Shown one piece after another: positions 13,383 to 27,494 of a stretch of 64,000 bases of DNA; position 1 is the first letter of the stretch, and the number at the start of each line of letters is the position of its first letter. Location: the NCBI RefSeq assembly GCF_006345805.1, contig NC_043002.1:112344001-112408000 (forward strand). Reading direction: 5' to 3'. The notes beneath the pieces were generated by a model. That model was not told where the DNA came from and searched no databases. It was given only the letters and a program-made list of their open reading frames with translations. Both the position numbers and the translations under genes were made by a program. The stretch is from Octopus sinensis. Lineage: Eukaryota.

Positions 13383-13492
13383 TAACAAGAGACTGCAACT
13401 ACTGCTGATCTCAGATAAGTGTACATTTCTCTACTATGCATTTACATGTAAATGTGCGTATAAATGAATTTATACACTGTATTGAATAGGTA

Positions 13493-13870
13493 GTGGAGGC
13501 GCAATGGCCCAGTAGTTAGGGCAGCGGACTCGCTGTCGTAGGATCGCGGTTTCGATTCCCAGACCGGGCGTTGTGAGCGAAAACACCTAAAAAAGCTCCA
13601 CGAGGCTCCGGCAGGGGATGGTGGTGATCCCTGCTGTACTCTTTCACCCTGCTGTACTCTCTCACTCTTACTTCCTGTTTCTGTTGTACCTGTATTTCAA
13701 AGGGCCGGCCTTGTCACTCTCTGTGTCACGCTGAATATCCCTGAGAATTACGTTAAGGGTACTCGTGTCTGTGGAGTGCTCAGCCACTTACACGTTAATT
13801 TCACGAGCAGGCTGTTCCGTTGATTCGAATCAACCGGAACCCTCGTCGTCGTAACCGATGGAGTGCTTCC
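13493..13870 (+). mobile_element. SINE family A, 9-bp TSD
   Basis: TSD attgaatag at 13481-13489 and 13871-13879; small internal duplication ctgctgtactct near 13632-13660. Confidence 0.9.
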
Positions 13871-14089
13871 ATTGAATAGCTGTTGACTCAACCGAGTTCA
13901 TCCATTATTTCACAGGCTTTGTTTTTGCATTTCACCACTCGTATTAGGTTACATTTTATCAGCAGCACTCTCGAACGACTTCACATAAATTCGCTCTCTC
14001 TCCCTCTCTCTCTCTCTCTGGCTCTCTCTCTCCCTATCGCTCTCTCTCTCTATCTCTGTATCACTCACTCTCTATCTCTGTATCACTTG

Positions 14090-14120
<31 letters not shown>

Positions 14121-16107
14121 TCACTCTCTCTCTCTTTGTATCGCTCTCTTTCTTTCTCTATCTCTCTCTCACACAATTATACAAATGCACATACGATTGG
14201 CTTCTTCACAGTTTCCGTGTACTGAATTTATTTCACACGACATTGAGCAACCCAAAGCAACAGCAGAAGATACAAGACACTTGTCCAAGAACCCAGAAAC
14301 ACGAGTTTGTAAAATGACCATCTTAACCGAAAGGTATACTCCACTCATTTCAAGAGAATTTCCAAAATCTTCGACGTTTGCACATGAAAAATCACAGCTG
14401 AATCGATAAAGTTATCATTATACTAACCGATTACCTGTTAGTTTGAAACACTTCACTGCTGCCATAATCCTCGTGGCTATGACATTAAGAGTTTCAGTAA
14501 TCCTTTTCTCTCATTCTAAACAACTATTACAAAGTAGTAGAAGATTTTGTTTTGGGCGGATGTCCCTTCGCTTTATATGGCTGTATTTCCTTTGGCAAAA
14601 CATAACTGGAGAATGTGTTTACATATGTAAAACAAACACGAAGTCTTCAACCAATGATGTATACGAACATTGGTATACCTCGTCAACTCACTTTATAGAC
14701 AAAGGAATCTTATCTGTAAACTAACAACAAAGTGCTCATTTTGGTACCACCGCTAAAAGTGTTCCACTTGGCACCATTATTAACAGTGTCCCACTTTTCA
14801 CCACTATTGACTTGGCACCATGCCGTATAAACTTTTTTCGTATAAAAATATATCAGTTTTTGTAGACATAGTGCAACATGAATATTAGGCGATGATTGTA
14901 ATATATTTTCTATGCATATTTGTATCAAGGTTACTTACGTCTATAGGATCGCTATCAAAATTCTTTATCCGTTATGAAAATTTATCTTTGAAGATTTATA
15001 TCAGATTTTTCATAACACTAGCGTCATTATGCTGCAATCAGTTATACAACTATACAATAAAACAAGTCATAATTTCTTTTACAACATTATTTATTTTATT
15101 TATATTTCTTTTTTCTAAGCTAGTATCCAAGCATATTGTAATATTAATCATTTTACAGTCATTGTTATTATTCTTAGTTTTATCAGCCTCCGCTTTATGC
15201 AATATCATTGTATAAACTATCTATATATCACCAAACTTAGATATACTGAAGAGATATTTCCCTCACTTCCCAATTCTCTCCTAGGTTATAGATTTCACAT
15301 GGACCAACTCAATAGACCTTTACTATGGCTAAACCTTTCCATGTTATATTTCTTATACGTCACTCAGTTCAATTGGTTTTCTTTTATAGCGCAGAATACC
15401 ACCAAAGTTTTCCACAAAATAACTCCATGAGAACTCTTCTTAGTCACCAGAATAGCACGTTAAATGGCTACCCGAGAAGCATTCTACTTGGTTGTCCGAG
15501 TACTATATTTTGTGGTTGTTGAAAGGAGACTCTAGTGATTGTTCTACCTTAAACAATGCCTTAAACTTAATATGATTATAACCATGATGTGTAGTTTGAA
15601 AAGAAATGAATTTGCTCTATGCTTCCTTATAAGAATAGTTTGAAAAGTTTGACTATAAATCTTACTTTAAGATGTTATGGGAAACCTATGGTCTCAGACA
15701 TGGATATATGATTATGAATATCTTTACGGAACCACATAGCTGTAAATACAATGCCCATTAAGAGACACTGTGGGCATAACTTCGATTTGAACAATATTTT
15801 TGCGCATTTTTTGTTGATAATAAAAACTGCAGAAGCTTGTAATATATATGTATGTGTGTGTTTACTGTTACATGTGTCTTGTACTCTTTCAAGTAGTCAT
15901 AGCTGCCATGTTTCGGCCGTTGTATCCGCTAACCTTTTCAAGTCGTATACGGTAATGCTCGAGAAGTTCGAAACCGAATCCTCTATTGTAATCTAAAGAA
16001 GTAGATCTCTCTCTTTCCACTATATACATCAAAGATATTATTTACCTTGTTATTTATTTGCTACCCATGATACTGCGTGCTTGTTAGGCTTCAACCTGAG
16101 TGTATAT

Positions 16108-16342
16108 TTGTTTCTTTACTACCCACAAGGGGCTAAACACAGAGGGGACAAACAAGGACAGACAAACGGATCAAGACGATTACATCGATCCCAGTGCTTA
16201 ACTGGTACTTAATTTATCGACCCCGAAAGGATGAAAGGCAAAGTCGACCTCGGCGGAATTTGGACTCAGAATGTAACGGCAGTCGAAATACGGCTACGCA
16301 TTTCGCCCGGCGTGCTAACGGTTCTGCCGGCTCGCCGCCTTT
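16108..16342 (-). mobile_element. SINE family B with doubled TSD
   Basis: acctgagtgtatat at 16094-16107, then twice in tandem at 16343-16356 and 16357-16370. Confidence 0.9.
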
Positions 16343-16864
16343 ACCTGAGTGTATATACCTGAGTGTATATAGCTTGACTAACCCTAGGGACGAACACATG
16401 TCCACCAGATCCACTACTACATTTGATACTTACTCAACGCTTATATCCACTGTCTCAGTGCATCTGAGAAATTCAGCAGCACTTGTGTGTATACTGTTGT
16501 TTCACTCTGGCTTGATTCTCAATAAACAGACAAATAATATACAAGAAAGCTTTCCAGCTGATAACACAGTGCTTAGCATTAGATTATCCAGTTTTTATCC
16601 TTCCTGTATGATTTGAGATAGATTTGGCTACTAATACGACCAGGTCGAGTGACTACGTAGATGCTCCTGCAGTGAGTCAGTATATGTATAATAGTATTGT
16701 AGAGCCGCATGATGATATATACACTTGAATACACGCATATATATACAATATATGCATATGTGTACGTGTATATATACATATATATACATATTTATACATA
16801 TATAAATGGGGGGGGGGTATGATCGGGGTATGCATTTGTGTGTGTGGGGGGTCCAGTCATTCTC

Positions 16865-16906
<42 letters not shown>

Positions 16907-17445
16907 TCACAGACATATGCACATATATTGATGAACTTAAAACGCAACCGGAAAAAAATAATTTGACTGCAGGAAGTAATGGAGGAAAAAAAACAAACAA
17001 ACAAATATGTTTATCAAGTAAAATAATCCGCATGCGCATGGAGTTGCATATAAATGCACACAGATGCATTTATAAAATGTTTGGCTTGGGAGCGTGGGAG
17101 AGTTGGTGGCGGTGATGGAACAGAAGGGGAAGTGAATGAAACAAAGACATTGCCTTCAATTATAACTAACAAAATATGGATTTGATAGGCATTAACCACA
17201 TTACTTAATATAGAGGGGGAGAAAGAGAGAGATAGAGAGCAAGAGAATGAGGAAGGAGGAGAAGGAGGAGAAGGAGGAGGAGGAAGAGACAGATAGAGAA
17301 GGGGGTTGTGGGGTTGGATGAACACATGATGAATGGATAGAGGCATAGATCGATTGATCTGAGAGCGAAAGAGATGATTGTACATATATATCAGTGTGTG
17401 TATGTGTGTGTATGTATGTATATAAGTATAATATATATATATAAT

Positions 17446-17487
<42 letters not shown>

Positions 17488-17939
17488 ATATAAATATTTT
17501 TGTGTCTATGTATGTATGTACGTATGTATGTATGTATGTATATATAGAGAGAGCAAGAGAAAGGAATGTGGAGAGAGAGATGGTTGGATGGCTGCTTGAT
17601 GTAGGAAAAAATAGAAAGAGAAAGTGATAGTATTAGTTGATAAGAAAGAAACTACCTATTCACATAGTGAACAATCACATCTTTGAGCATATACAGATGA
17701 CATTACAGAAATTTTTTAAAAAATGGAAAAAGAACAGTAAAAGAGACAAGTAAAGCTAAAGGATTTAGTTTTGCAGTGTCAAAATATATAGATAAATAAG
17801 GGCCAAAACATTGTTGACAGCTTGCATAATCATATTAATAATAGATGTGGAGTATTTATATATGTGAAAACATCACATTTCTGACAATCATATAACAACA
17901 GCGGCAATGAGAGTAATAATGTTAATGACAACCGTATTG

Positions 17940-18396
<457 letters not shown>

Positions 18397-18614
18397 GTAA
18401 ATAGAGACCTTACAATAATACAACTGGATATTGTTTTGAATATTATATAATAGCAAACACATAAATATGCATTATGGCTTGGCTGGGGGAAAGTATTGTG
18501 TCTGTATGGATTTTTACAAATACAAATCGAAACATATATGTAAGCATAACCTATAATATTCCAGCTATCTGTCTAGTAATCTGGCTAAATGTATAAATTT
18601 TACGCACACACATA

Positions 18615-18681
<67 letters not shown>

Positions 18682-18684
<3 letters not shown>

Positions 18685-18977
18685 GAGGCCCAATGGTTAG
18701 GGCAGCTGACTTGCGGTCGTAGAATCGAGGTATCGATTTCCAGACCAGGCGCTGTGAGTGTTTATTGAGCGAAAACACCTGAAGCTCCACGAGGCTCCGG
18801 CAGGGAGTGGTGGCGATCCCTGCTGTACTCTTTCGCCACAACTTCCTATCGCTCTTTTATCTGTTGGCCTGCTCGCTTAGCCAGCAGGGTGGCGTCATTT
18901 GAAGGCTAAAACAATGCGAAGCGCATTGTGACCAGCGATGTGTACTAACATCTGATAGCCTGGTCGGTCACGGTGAT
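18682..18977 (+). mobile_element. SINE A-related subfamily (same head, different tail)
   Basis: Matches A up to ...ctgctgtactctttc.ccacaact, then continues gcctgctcgcttagccagc...tgtgaccagcgatg...ggtcacggtgat; second copy at 44191-44365. Confidence 0.8.
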
Positions 18978-18994
18978 ATATATATATATATATA

Positions 18995-19192
18995 TATAGT
19001 TAATCCAAACAAGAAAACACAAAAAAACACAACAACGCGAGGACGTGGAACAAATATAGTATTATTGGACGCTCAGGAAAGAAGGGAAGAAGGAGGGTTT
19101 AACGTTTCGTCGGAAACCTAGGAGAAGGAAAGATCCAGAGAAGGGAAGATATAGGAAAAAAATCGCTAACGGTACATACGAGGTCACAATTT
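18995..19192 (-). mobile_element. PLE-type terminal repeat with stem-II-deleted hammerhead
   Basis: Homologous to 43341-43568; lacks the hairpin segment between tttcg and tcggaaac; flanked by (TA)n on both sides. Confidence 0.6.
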
Positions 19193-19193
19193 G

Positions 19194-19228
<35 letters not shown>

Positions 19229-19462
19229 AGTAATTGAATGAATTATCTTATTAAGGATAATTCGAAAGATAACCGATACCTGGGTAGCAAATTCACATCA
19301 GAAAGAACACGGTTGAAGCTACGTCGCTAGGGCATAGACTACGTGTATTCGTGCGGAAATTTGTATGTTTATTTTTAAATTCTTTCAATCTTTCATATAC
19401 TTATAATTTTAAAATATATATATATATACCGGTGTAAATACATAAATGTGAAACAAGGTGGA

Positions 19463-19505
19463 AACTGTCCGACGAACGGGAACGTAAAACTCCGAGTAAA
19501 TTGTT
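19463..19505 (+). ncRNA. Degenerate hammerhead-like motif, core CCGACGA
   Basis: acugu-CCGACGA-acg(ggaa)cgu-AAAA-cuc(c)gag-UA; G12 has changed to A; sister of 11263-11308. Confidence 0.4.
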
Positions 19506-19529
19506 AAATTTCTACTGCTTTTAATAAAG

Positions 19530-19596
<67 letters not shown>

Positions 19597-19640
19597 TACA
19601 TACATACATACACACAAAAGCACATATATATGTGAGTGTA

Positions 19641-19719
<79 letters not shown>

Positions 19720-20059
19720 ATGTATGTATGTATTCTACTGAAAATAAAGGAATTTTAGAATGCAGGATGGCTGTGAAGACAGCTTAGAAAGTCAGGTAAG
19801 TACCTATTAGAAGACGGAAAAAAGTACACCCCAAGCCCCAAAGTGGGACGGAAGTTACAGGATTCCATCCTCTGTAGTGGTTTGCATGCTGGATTCTTTC
19901 CACTTCAACTTTTTAGCACCCTCCTCAGATAGAGGAAATAGGAAAAAAAACTAGTTTAGTGCAGCTCCAGAAAACAGTATTGTTAGGGACAGCTAAGATA
20001 CTGAGGAAGGTTCTTGGCATCTAAGCTTACATTTTACAGCACAATGCGTAAATGAAATG

Positions 20060-20156
<97 letters not shown>

Positions 20157-20194
20157 CAATGATAATGATAATAATAATAACAACAATGATATAA

Positions 20195-20397
20195 ATCCTG
20201 TGGGAACAAGGCCTGGAACTTGTGGGGAGGAGATAGTCGATTACATCGACCCCAGTACTTAGCTGGAACTTAAATTTATAAACCCCGAAAGAATGAAAGG
20301 CAAAGTCGACTTCGGCCGAATTTGGACACAGAATGCAGCAACAGACAAAACAACGCTAAGTATTTCGCCTGGCGTGTTAATGATTCTGCCAACTTTA
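20195..20397 (-). mobile_element. SINE family B variant with alternative tail
   Basis: B central domain gattacatcgaccccagt...aaaggcaaagtcgac, with a tail resembling 6790-6848. Confidence 0.65.
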
Positions 20398-20414
20398 CTA
20401 CTATTACTACTACA

Positions 20415-20518
<104 letters not shown>

Positions 20519-20522
20519 TAAC

Positions 20523-21072
20523 GATGCAGTACCAGGCAGAGGCTCTCATGGCTCCTTATCTTAACTGATTGCAAGTGTTATCATGTACATTGTTTTGTCT
20601 TGGTATAAAAGATGGGCTACAGCAAATATTCTGCTCAATACCACATATTTGTTTGTCAGTTGTTTGACCTTAAACAGTTGACCATGTCCCTTAGTGGCTG
20701 ACGATATGTGCATCTCTGATCATGAGTAGAAGTAGTGGGGGAGCATCATAGCCGTGTGTTGAAAGGAATTCTTGGGGAATTGAATAATTCACTCCTGGAA
20801 ACAAGGGTGGTTCGTTCAACATCCTTAAACAATCCTTATTCAGGTATCTTTTCAGCGGGATGGGCTACTCGACCAGAAGAAAATTCTAACTGGGCCCCAC
20901 ATGGAAGGTCTATGCGCTGTTTATCTTGATAAGAGATCCCCATGTCGCCCACATATGGTTGTGATGCCTGTGCCTAGTGTATCCTTATCAGACGGGTAGT
21001 TATGATGGGTATACTGGGCTTTGTATATTTTACCCCAGTGTCACATTGATGGTATGCACTGTTCTCTCATTC
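20523..21072 (+). mobile_element. About 550-bp non-coding interspersed element in (TAA)n
   Basis: Reverse complement of 30343-30875; preceded by (TAC)n(TAA)n and followed by aataat. Confidence 0.8.
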
Positions 21073-21080
21073 AATAATCC

Positions 21081-21975
21081 TTTCTTTATTGGTCACAAGG
21101 GCCGAACACAAAACGAATAAGGACAATACAAAACTGGGGACATGTGGGGTTTAACACAAAATTCGAGTAAACAATAAAATAACAATGACAATTAACAATA
21201 CGATTAAGCAATCAACTTCTCCAAAAGCCGGAAGTTACTCACCGGGACAACCGAGGAGCACTACATTTCTTATTATCCCAACTGCCAGTTGTACCTTATC
21301 AGGCGCCTCTCTCCTTCGCAACTCCTCCGATTGATAAACGAAAGTTCAGATTAGGCCCATTCACATGGGCCATCCTCGCCACACGCACCCACCTTTCAAC
21401 AAATTTACTGAGGAGCAGAACTTCCCTTTCTATTCTCATTTTCCTTTCCAAGTGGAACTTGAAAAGTCGATGAGGACTTCAGTCCTTTCAGTCTCGTCTA
21501 CCACACTACCTGCTTCGCTAAAGCCACCAGACAGAGGAAAACTATCTTTCCTTCCTAGCCAAAGGAAGGCGGCGGGGCGATCTTCACGATGGACTCGGCT
21601 GATAACCAGATCCGTCCGACATGTGATAACGGCTGTTCGACAAAGATCTACAAGTCAGTAATGCACGGACACTGGACGAGTGCGTGCAGGATAGTTTTGT
21701 CGCCCTGCGCACACCTCGTACAGGTCCGGCTGACAGCACTTCCGTGTCTGTAGAGCTTATCTCGAACCGGCAGAGCACTCCGGTAGCATTGCCAGGCTAG
21801 GGATTTCTGGAAATCATCCATAGGCCCTGGCCCGAAAGTCCACCAGAAAAGACTGTTTAATTGACCCTCCCGACGCCCAAGAGTTTCCCCGAGGACGTCG
21901 TCAATCTTTGCCCGCCGCTAGTCCCCTATGGAACTCCATGGTGAAACTTCCATCGACTGCGTTGCCCGACTGGCG
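21081..21975 (-). mobile_element. 5'-truncated, decayed L1/Tx1-type LINE (ORF2 C-terminus and 3' UTR)
   Basis: Minus strand aligns with 54900-55600 (e.g. gggcctatggatgatttccagaaatccctagcctggc vs gggcctatggataacttccagaaatccctggcttggc); ends aataaagaaa. Confidence 0.85.
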
Positions 21976-22312
21976 ATGATGATGATGATGATGATGATGA
22001 TGATAGCAATAATAATTTATTTTTATCTTTTATTAGATGTTTTTATTTATTAGAACAATAACTAAACCAACAACAGCCACTGCATTCAAACAAATGCAAT
22101 ATATTATAATCAAATATTATATTAATAAAAATATATCTAAACTATAAAATAAAAATGTCTCTGAAAATATCAGAATCTCATTTCGGCTCCAGAGGAGAAT
22201 AAGCTGTTTAAATTGTAATTTGTTGGGGGATTATTATTATTATTATTATTGTTGTTGTTGTTGTTGTTGTTGTTGATATTGTTACTGTTGTTACTGTTGT
22301 TGTTGTTGTTGT

Positions 22313-22377
<65 letters not shown>

Positions 22378-23129
22378 CAACAACAGCCGTCATCATCATC
22401 ATCAGTATTATTATTTATTTATTTAATTATTTATTTGATGGTTGGCGAACAGCAAACCCATTTGTCGCTCTCTCAGAAATTCGCTTCCATCATCAGCGCA
22501 CAATATGAACCTCATGGATTTTAAACGTCATTGCATGCGGTGGGATTCTAGAAACAAATAGCCGTTGCTCCTCTCTTATTAACAAACACAATTGCCAGAA
22601 CTAGAAGATAAATAGTAAATAAAAATAAATAAATAAATAAATAAACAAAAATAAAAATAATAGAAATAATAATAATAACATCGTTCTCATTTGTTATGTT
22701 TTGCGCTATTCTATGGCGGTTGTTGATATTTGTTGGTTTGTCTATTTTTCCTATATTTCGTCCCTTGTACTGTTTTCGACATCTTGAGCACTTGTGGCCA
22801 ATAACGGATATCATCACCGCCATTATTATCATCGTTGTGGCTCTCGTCATTGTTATCATAGCCGTCATCACTGTACAGACCACCATCACTACCACCACTA
22901 CCAACACAATTGCCACTACCACTACCACTACCACCACCTCGGTCACCTCCACTATCAGATAGCAATGTCATCATTATCACCATATTCATTATGGTTATCA
23001 ACAATGATACGAGTTCCATTCTGTCAATTTCCCTTTTTCTTCTCTCACCCTTCCTCTTATCACGATGTTCACTCCCTCTCTCTCCCTCTCTCTCCCTCCC
23101 TCTCTCTCACTTGCTCGCTCTCTTCTCTG

Positions 23130-23133
23130 TCTG

Positions 23134-23208
<75 letters not shown>

Positions 23209-23213
23209 GTCTC

Positions 23214-23250
<37 letters not shown>

Positions 23251-23296
23251 TTGTCTATCTATCATTCTTTCTTTCTCGGCCCCTCTCTCTCCCCTT

Positions 23297-23343
<47 letters not shown>

Positions 23344-23406
23344 GTCTGCCTGTCTGTTTGTTTGTCTATCTATCATTCTTTCTTTCTAGGCCCCTCTCTC
23401 TCCCCG

Positions 23407-23446
<40 letters not shown>

Positions 23447-23460
23447 CCTATCTACCTATC

Positions 23461-23491
<31 letters not shown>

Positions 23492-23609
23492 CTATCTATA
23501 TATTTATCTATCTATCTATCTATCTATCTATCGATCGATCTATCTATCTAGTCTATCTATCTATCTATCTATATATCTATTCATCTATTTATCTATCTGT
23601 CTATTTATA

Positions 23610-23643
<34 letters not shown>

Positions 23644-23663
23644 ATCTATCTATCTATCGATCG

Positions 23664-23727
<64 letters not shown>

Positions 23728-23745
23728 GTCTGTCTGTTTGTCTGA
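23130..23745. repeat. Long (TCTA)n/(TCTG)n microsatellite
   Basis: Direct reading; source of the spurious 371-aa and 226-aa ORFs. Confidence 0.95.
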
Positions 23746-24403
23746 CTGTCGGTCTGTATGACTTTCTCAGTCTATCATTCTCTCTTCCTTTCTCTTTCTC
23801 TCTCCCTCTGTCTCACTTCCATTCATTCGTTATTCTTTTCGCTTTCTCACACGTTTCTCTCATTCCTTTATCTTCGTCTTCCCTTTCTCTCTCTCTTCTT
23901 TTTGCGTGAAACTTTTAATCAAATCACATTCATATTTGTATTTGTTCTGTTACATTTTTGTAAATATTTCTCTGTTTTTTTTTATATATATTTATTATCT
24001 ATTTGCTCTCGTCCAAGCTGGGATAACGACAGAAAAATATATTAATAGGCTCTTCCAACATTTCATTTGGCGTTTATTGTAAGTGGGCCGAATGTTTGTA
24101 TTAGAGGCCATCGCCGGTTGTTGTTCATATTGTTTATATTGTTCCTGTTTGTTGTTAATTATTGTTCCTGCTGCTCTTGCTAATTATTGTTGCATTTATC
24201 TGTGTTGTGTGTGTGCGCGCGCGCGTGTGCATGTGTGTGTGTGTGTGCGTGCATATTTGTATATGTCTGTATGACTAAGTATGTCCTTACATGTGCCTGA
24301 ATGTACATGTCCTCATGTGTTTGCATACATGCTTCTGTATATGTGTGTGTGTGTGTATCTATATATATACACATATATATGTATGTATGTATACACACAC
24401 ACA

Positions 24404-24771
24404 TACTCTTTTACTTGTTTCAGTCATTTGACTGCGGCCATGCTGGAGCACCGCCTTTAGTCGAGCAAATCGCCCCCGGGACTTATTCTTTGTAAGCCCA
24501 GTACTTATTCTATCGATCTCTTTTGCATCGGTTGTCAAGCAATGCTAGGGGGACAAACACAGACACACAAACACACACACATATATATATATATGTATAC
24601 ATATATACGACAGGCTTCTTTCAGTTTCCGTCTACCAAATCCACTCACAAGGCATTGGTCGGCCCGAGGTTATAGCAGAAGACACTTGCCCAAGATGCCA
24701 CGCAGTGGGACTGAACCCGGAACCATGTGGTTGATTAGCAAGCTACTTACCACACAGCCACTCCTGCGCCT
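24404..24771 (-). mobile_element. SINE family C, near full length
   Basis: Minus strand: head aggcgcaggagtggctgtgtggtaagtagc...ggttccgggttcagtccc, internal TA/TG microsatellite, tail ...tgactgaaacaagtaaaagagta. Confidence 0.9.
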
Positions 24772-27494
24772 ATATGTATATATGTTTCTTTTTGTATATG
24801 GTTGGATGTGCGTCTGTGAATCTTTGAATATATTTGATACTGTGCCATTGTATATTTGTGCCTGTGGTTATATACCTACACCTATATGTGTTTGTGTTTA
24901 TACGTTCGCGCTCGCGTGTGTGTGCATGCGTGCGTGGGAAGGTGTGTGCGTGTGTGTGTGCATGTGTATGTGTACTGTATGTTTATAACTGTTTCATGCC
25001 TGTATGCGTGTTCGTGGCGTGCATGTGTGTATGTGTTTGTGTTTCTGTTTGGATGATTGTCTTTGTGGGCGCACGCTGTGTATGTGTGGGTGTGTGTTTG
25101 TGTGTGTGGATGTGTATGTAAGTACTGTGTGCTCTTCTACCAGTACTATGTATGTATCTGTATGTCTCTCTCTATGTGTATGCGAGAGCGCGTCTGTGCT
25201 TTTTGCCTTTTCTCCGCATCTAAAATTCGAAGATATGATATTTAGATATTTCGTAACAAATAAGACAAGTGGACAATTAAAACAATTGCGTCCTATGGTG
25301 TTTATGATTAAGACTTGCCCGCAATGCCAACATTTTAATGAGTAAAACATAGCCAAAACACAAAAGAAGATAAAGAGAAGGCGAGAGAAACTCTTCTAGT
25401 TGAAGATAAAGACAGCTTGAATAAATAACAAATTGCAAAGGGAAGAAACAGTTAGAAATTTAATAAATTTCAGTCTAATTGATAAATGCAAACCAAGTGT
25501 CTTAGTCATCGTTATTACATTCTATCAGCCGCATACAAGTTTTATACATAAACACAGATGCTAACACACATACACGCACACGTGTGTACGCACGCACGCA
25601 GACGCCATTACTCATAAATATATATATATATATATATGCAGTTACACACATACACACACATATACATACATACGCATACACAGGCACACATACGGGCACG
25701 CGCACACACACATACGCATACACAAATATATATATTAAATATGGTTGTGTTTCTTCGCTGGTTTCAGTGGTATAAATTTTGTTTTCGCGCTAACTGAATT
25801 TCTACACTCAAAGCGTTTGAGTTTTGGTCAGTGACATGCACACTTAATGCAACTCTGAAATTGAGTCAGAGGATTCAAAGGCCCAGTTTTTGAGCCACAG
25901 ATACAGGAGGGAGAGAGAGAGAGTGAGAGTGAGAAAGAGAGAGTGAGAGAGAGAGAACTCAGAACTCGACTCGAGTACTTGACATCCGCAAGGATGAAAA
26001 TCATACTCGATTTCAGTGGAATTCGAACTAAGAATACTGGGTACACAGAACATTAAATAATATTGCCAGGAAATTAAATGTCTCATATATAAATGAAAAT
26101 ACCAGTTTGTAATTTGACAATATAACTATAAATACAAAAAGCAGAATTTGTGTGTATGTGTATCTGTGTGTGGTGCGTATGTACCTTATCAAAAGATTCA
26201 GTAATCTTTCGGCTACCAAATGAAGTATATTTGTTGCATAACACTTTTTTTACTACAAAAATAACCTCGAAAACGAGGTCGGGCCGCCCAATTTTGAGGT
26301 AATTTTCGGGAAATATTTAGATTGCTTCTAATCTACGTTGCCAATTTTAATGTTTTCGATGTAAAAAAAAAATACGGCAATATACAAGGAGTGTTATGAG
26401 TTCTCTTGTGATGTAATAAACTATTTGTCAACGGAAAATGACAAAAAAAATGCTTTTTTGGAACAATTATTGGCGCATTTTCCGTTAATAATGGCCTTTG
26501 TACCACAGCTAAACTGCCAATGTGAACGTCTTCAGTATTCCATGATTAAACAACGTCGTTGAAGTATTGTGATACCATTTCTTCGCACAAAGCCCTAGTT
26601 TGCATCAGAAAATTTACTAGTGAACCGTGTTTCTGGCAAAATTGTGATCACTTCTGGCATTACTACCAAAAAACAATTTGTCCATGTAGATTTCCTTGGT
26701 AGTAAATGACTCAGTGCATGTGTTCACTGATTGGAACAATTTCAAATCAATTCTTCCTTATCAGGAGCATATGAGTATAATTTTGTATATTCTTATTTAC
26801 TCATTGCCACTCCACCCGCGAACTTCACTCTCTCCTGCCAGCTAAATCACTACCATTCCCATTCGATTGGATGCTCTGCTTCCCATGGGTGCGAGCGGTA
26901 ACCCAGTCTCTTCACGGATCTCAGAAGTCAACCTCTTAGATGGTTTACCATGTAGACTGGAGTTTAGGGAATTTTGGTGGAAGGCCGATGGAATGCCCAG
27001 CAATAGATAGTTTTGAGGGTACCTTCTTATGATATGTTCTAATTATTTTAATCCCATTTCGTTACCTTGGTAATGGTGCAAATCACTTTGGGTTTCATTG
27101 CTCGGAGAACCACTCAGGATTTTCGAGTTAGGTTGTGTATAGATTGAACTAAATTTTTGTAGTGCTGTATTAAAACACTACACTGTACATTCCATTGGGG
27201 GTAAACATATATAATGTTTAAAACAAACTTATATTATCAAAATATAATTGCTCTTGCAGTAAAACAAACATCATCTTTAAGTTATAAACATTAATATTTT
27301 CGGCATACAAAAGTTAATAAGCGGATACTGTTTGGAAGCCTTTTGGACTGGTATGTAAGTAAATTTTGCCGATCGTAGAATAGACGTAGTAATAGTTAAG
27401 CCTTACAGTATTTACGAAGGTGTAAATTTGTTAGAGACGCTGGCTAAAAGATTTGGGTTCATTAATTCTCTTGTTGTTGTTGTTGTTGTTGTTA

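Noticed and set aside
14436-14713. Minus-strand exon-like segment with acceptor and donor signals
   Set aside because: All three frames hit stops early and there is no homology I recognise.
15901-15950. Minus-strand UUGAAAA...GAAAC motif
   Set aside because: Stem I does not pair and U16.1 is missing; too degenerate to call.
22794-23909. 371-aa ORF and other long ORFs (e.g. 37255-38136, 59694-60494, poly-IY/CV/HT ORFs)
   Set aside because: They are translations of microsatellites or SINE arrays with no protein-like composition.
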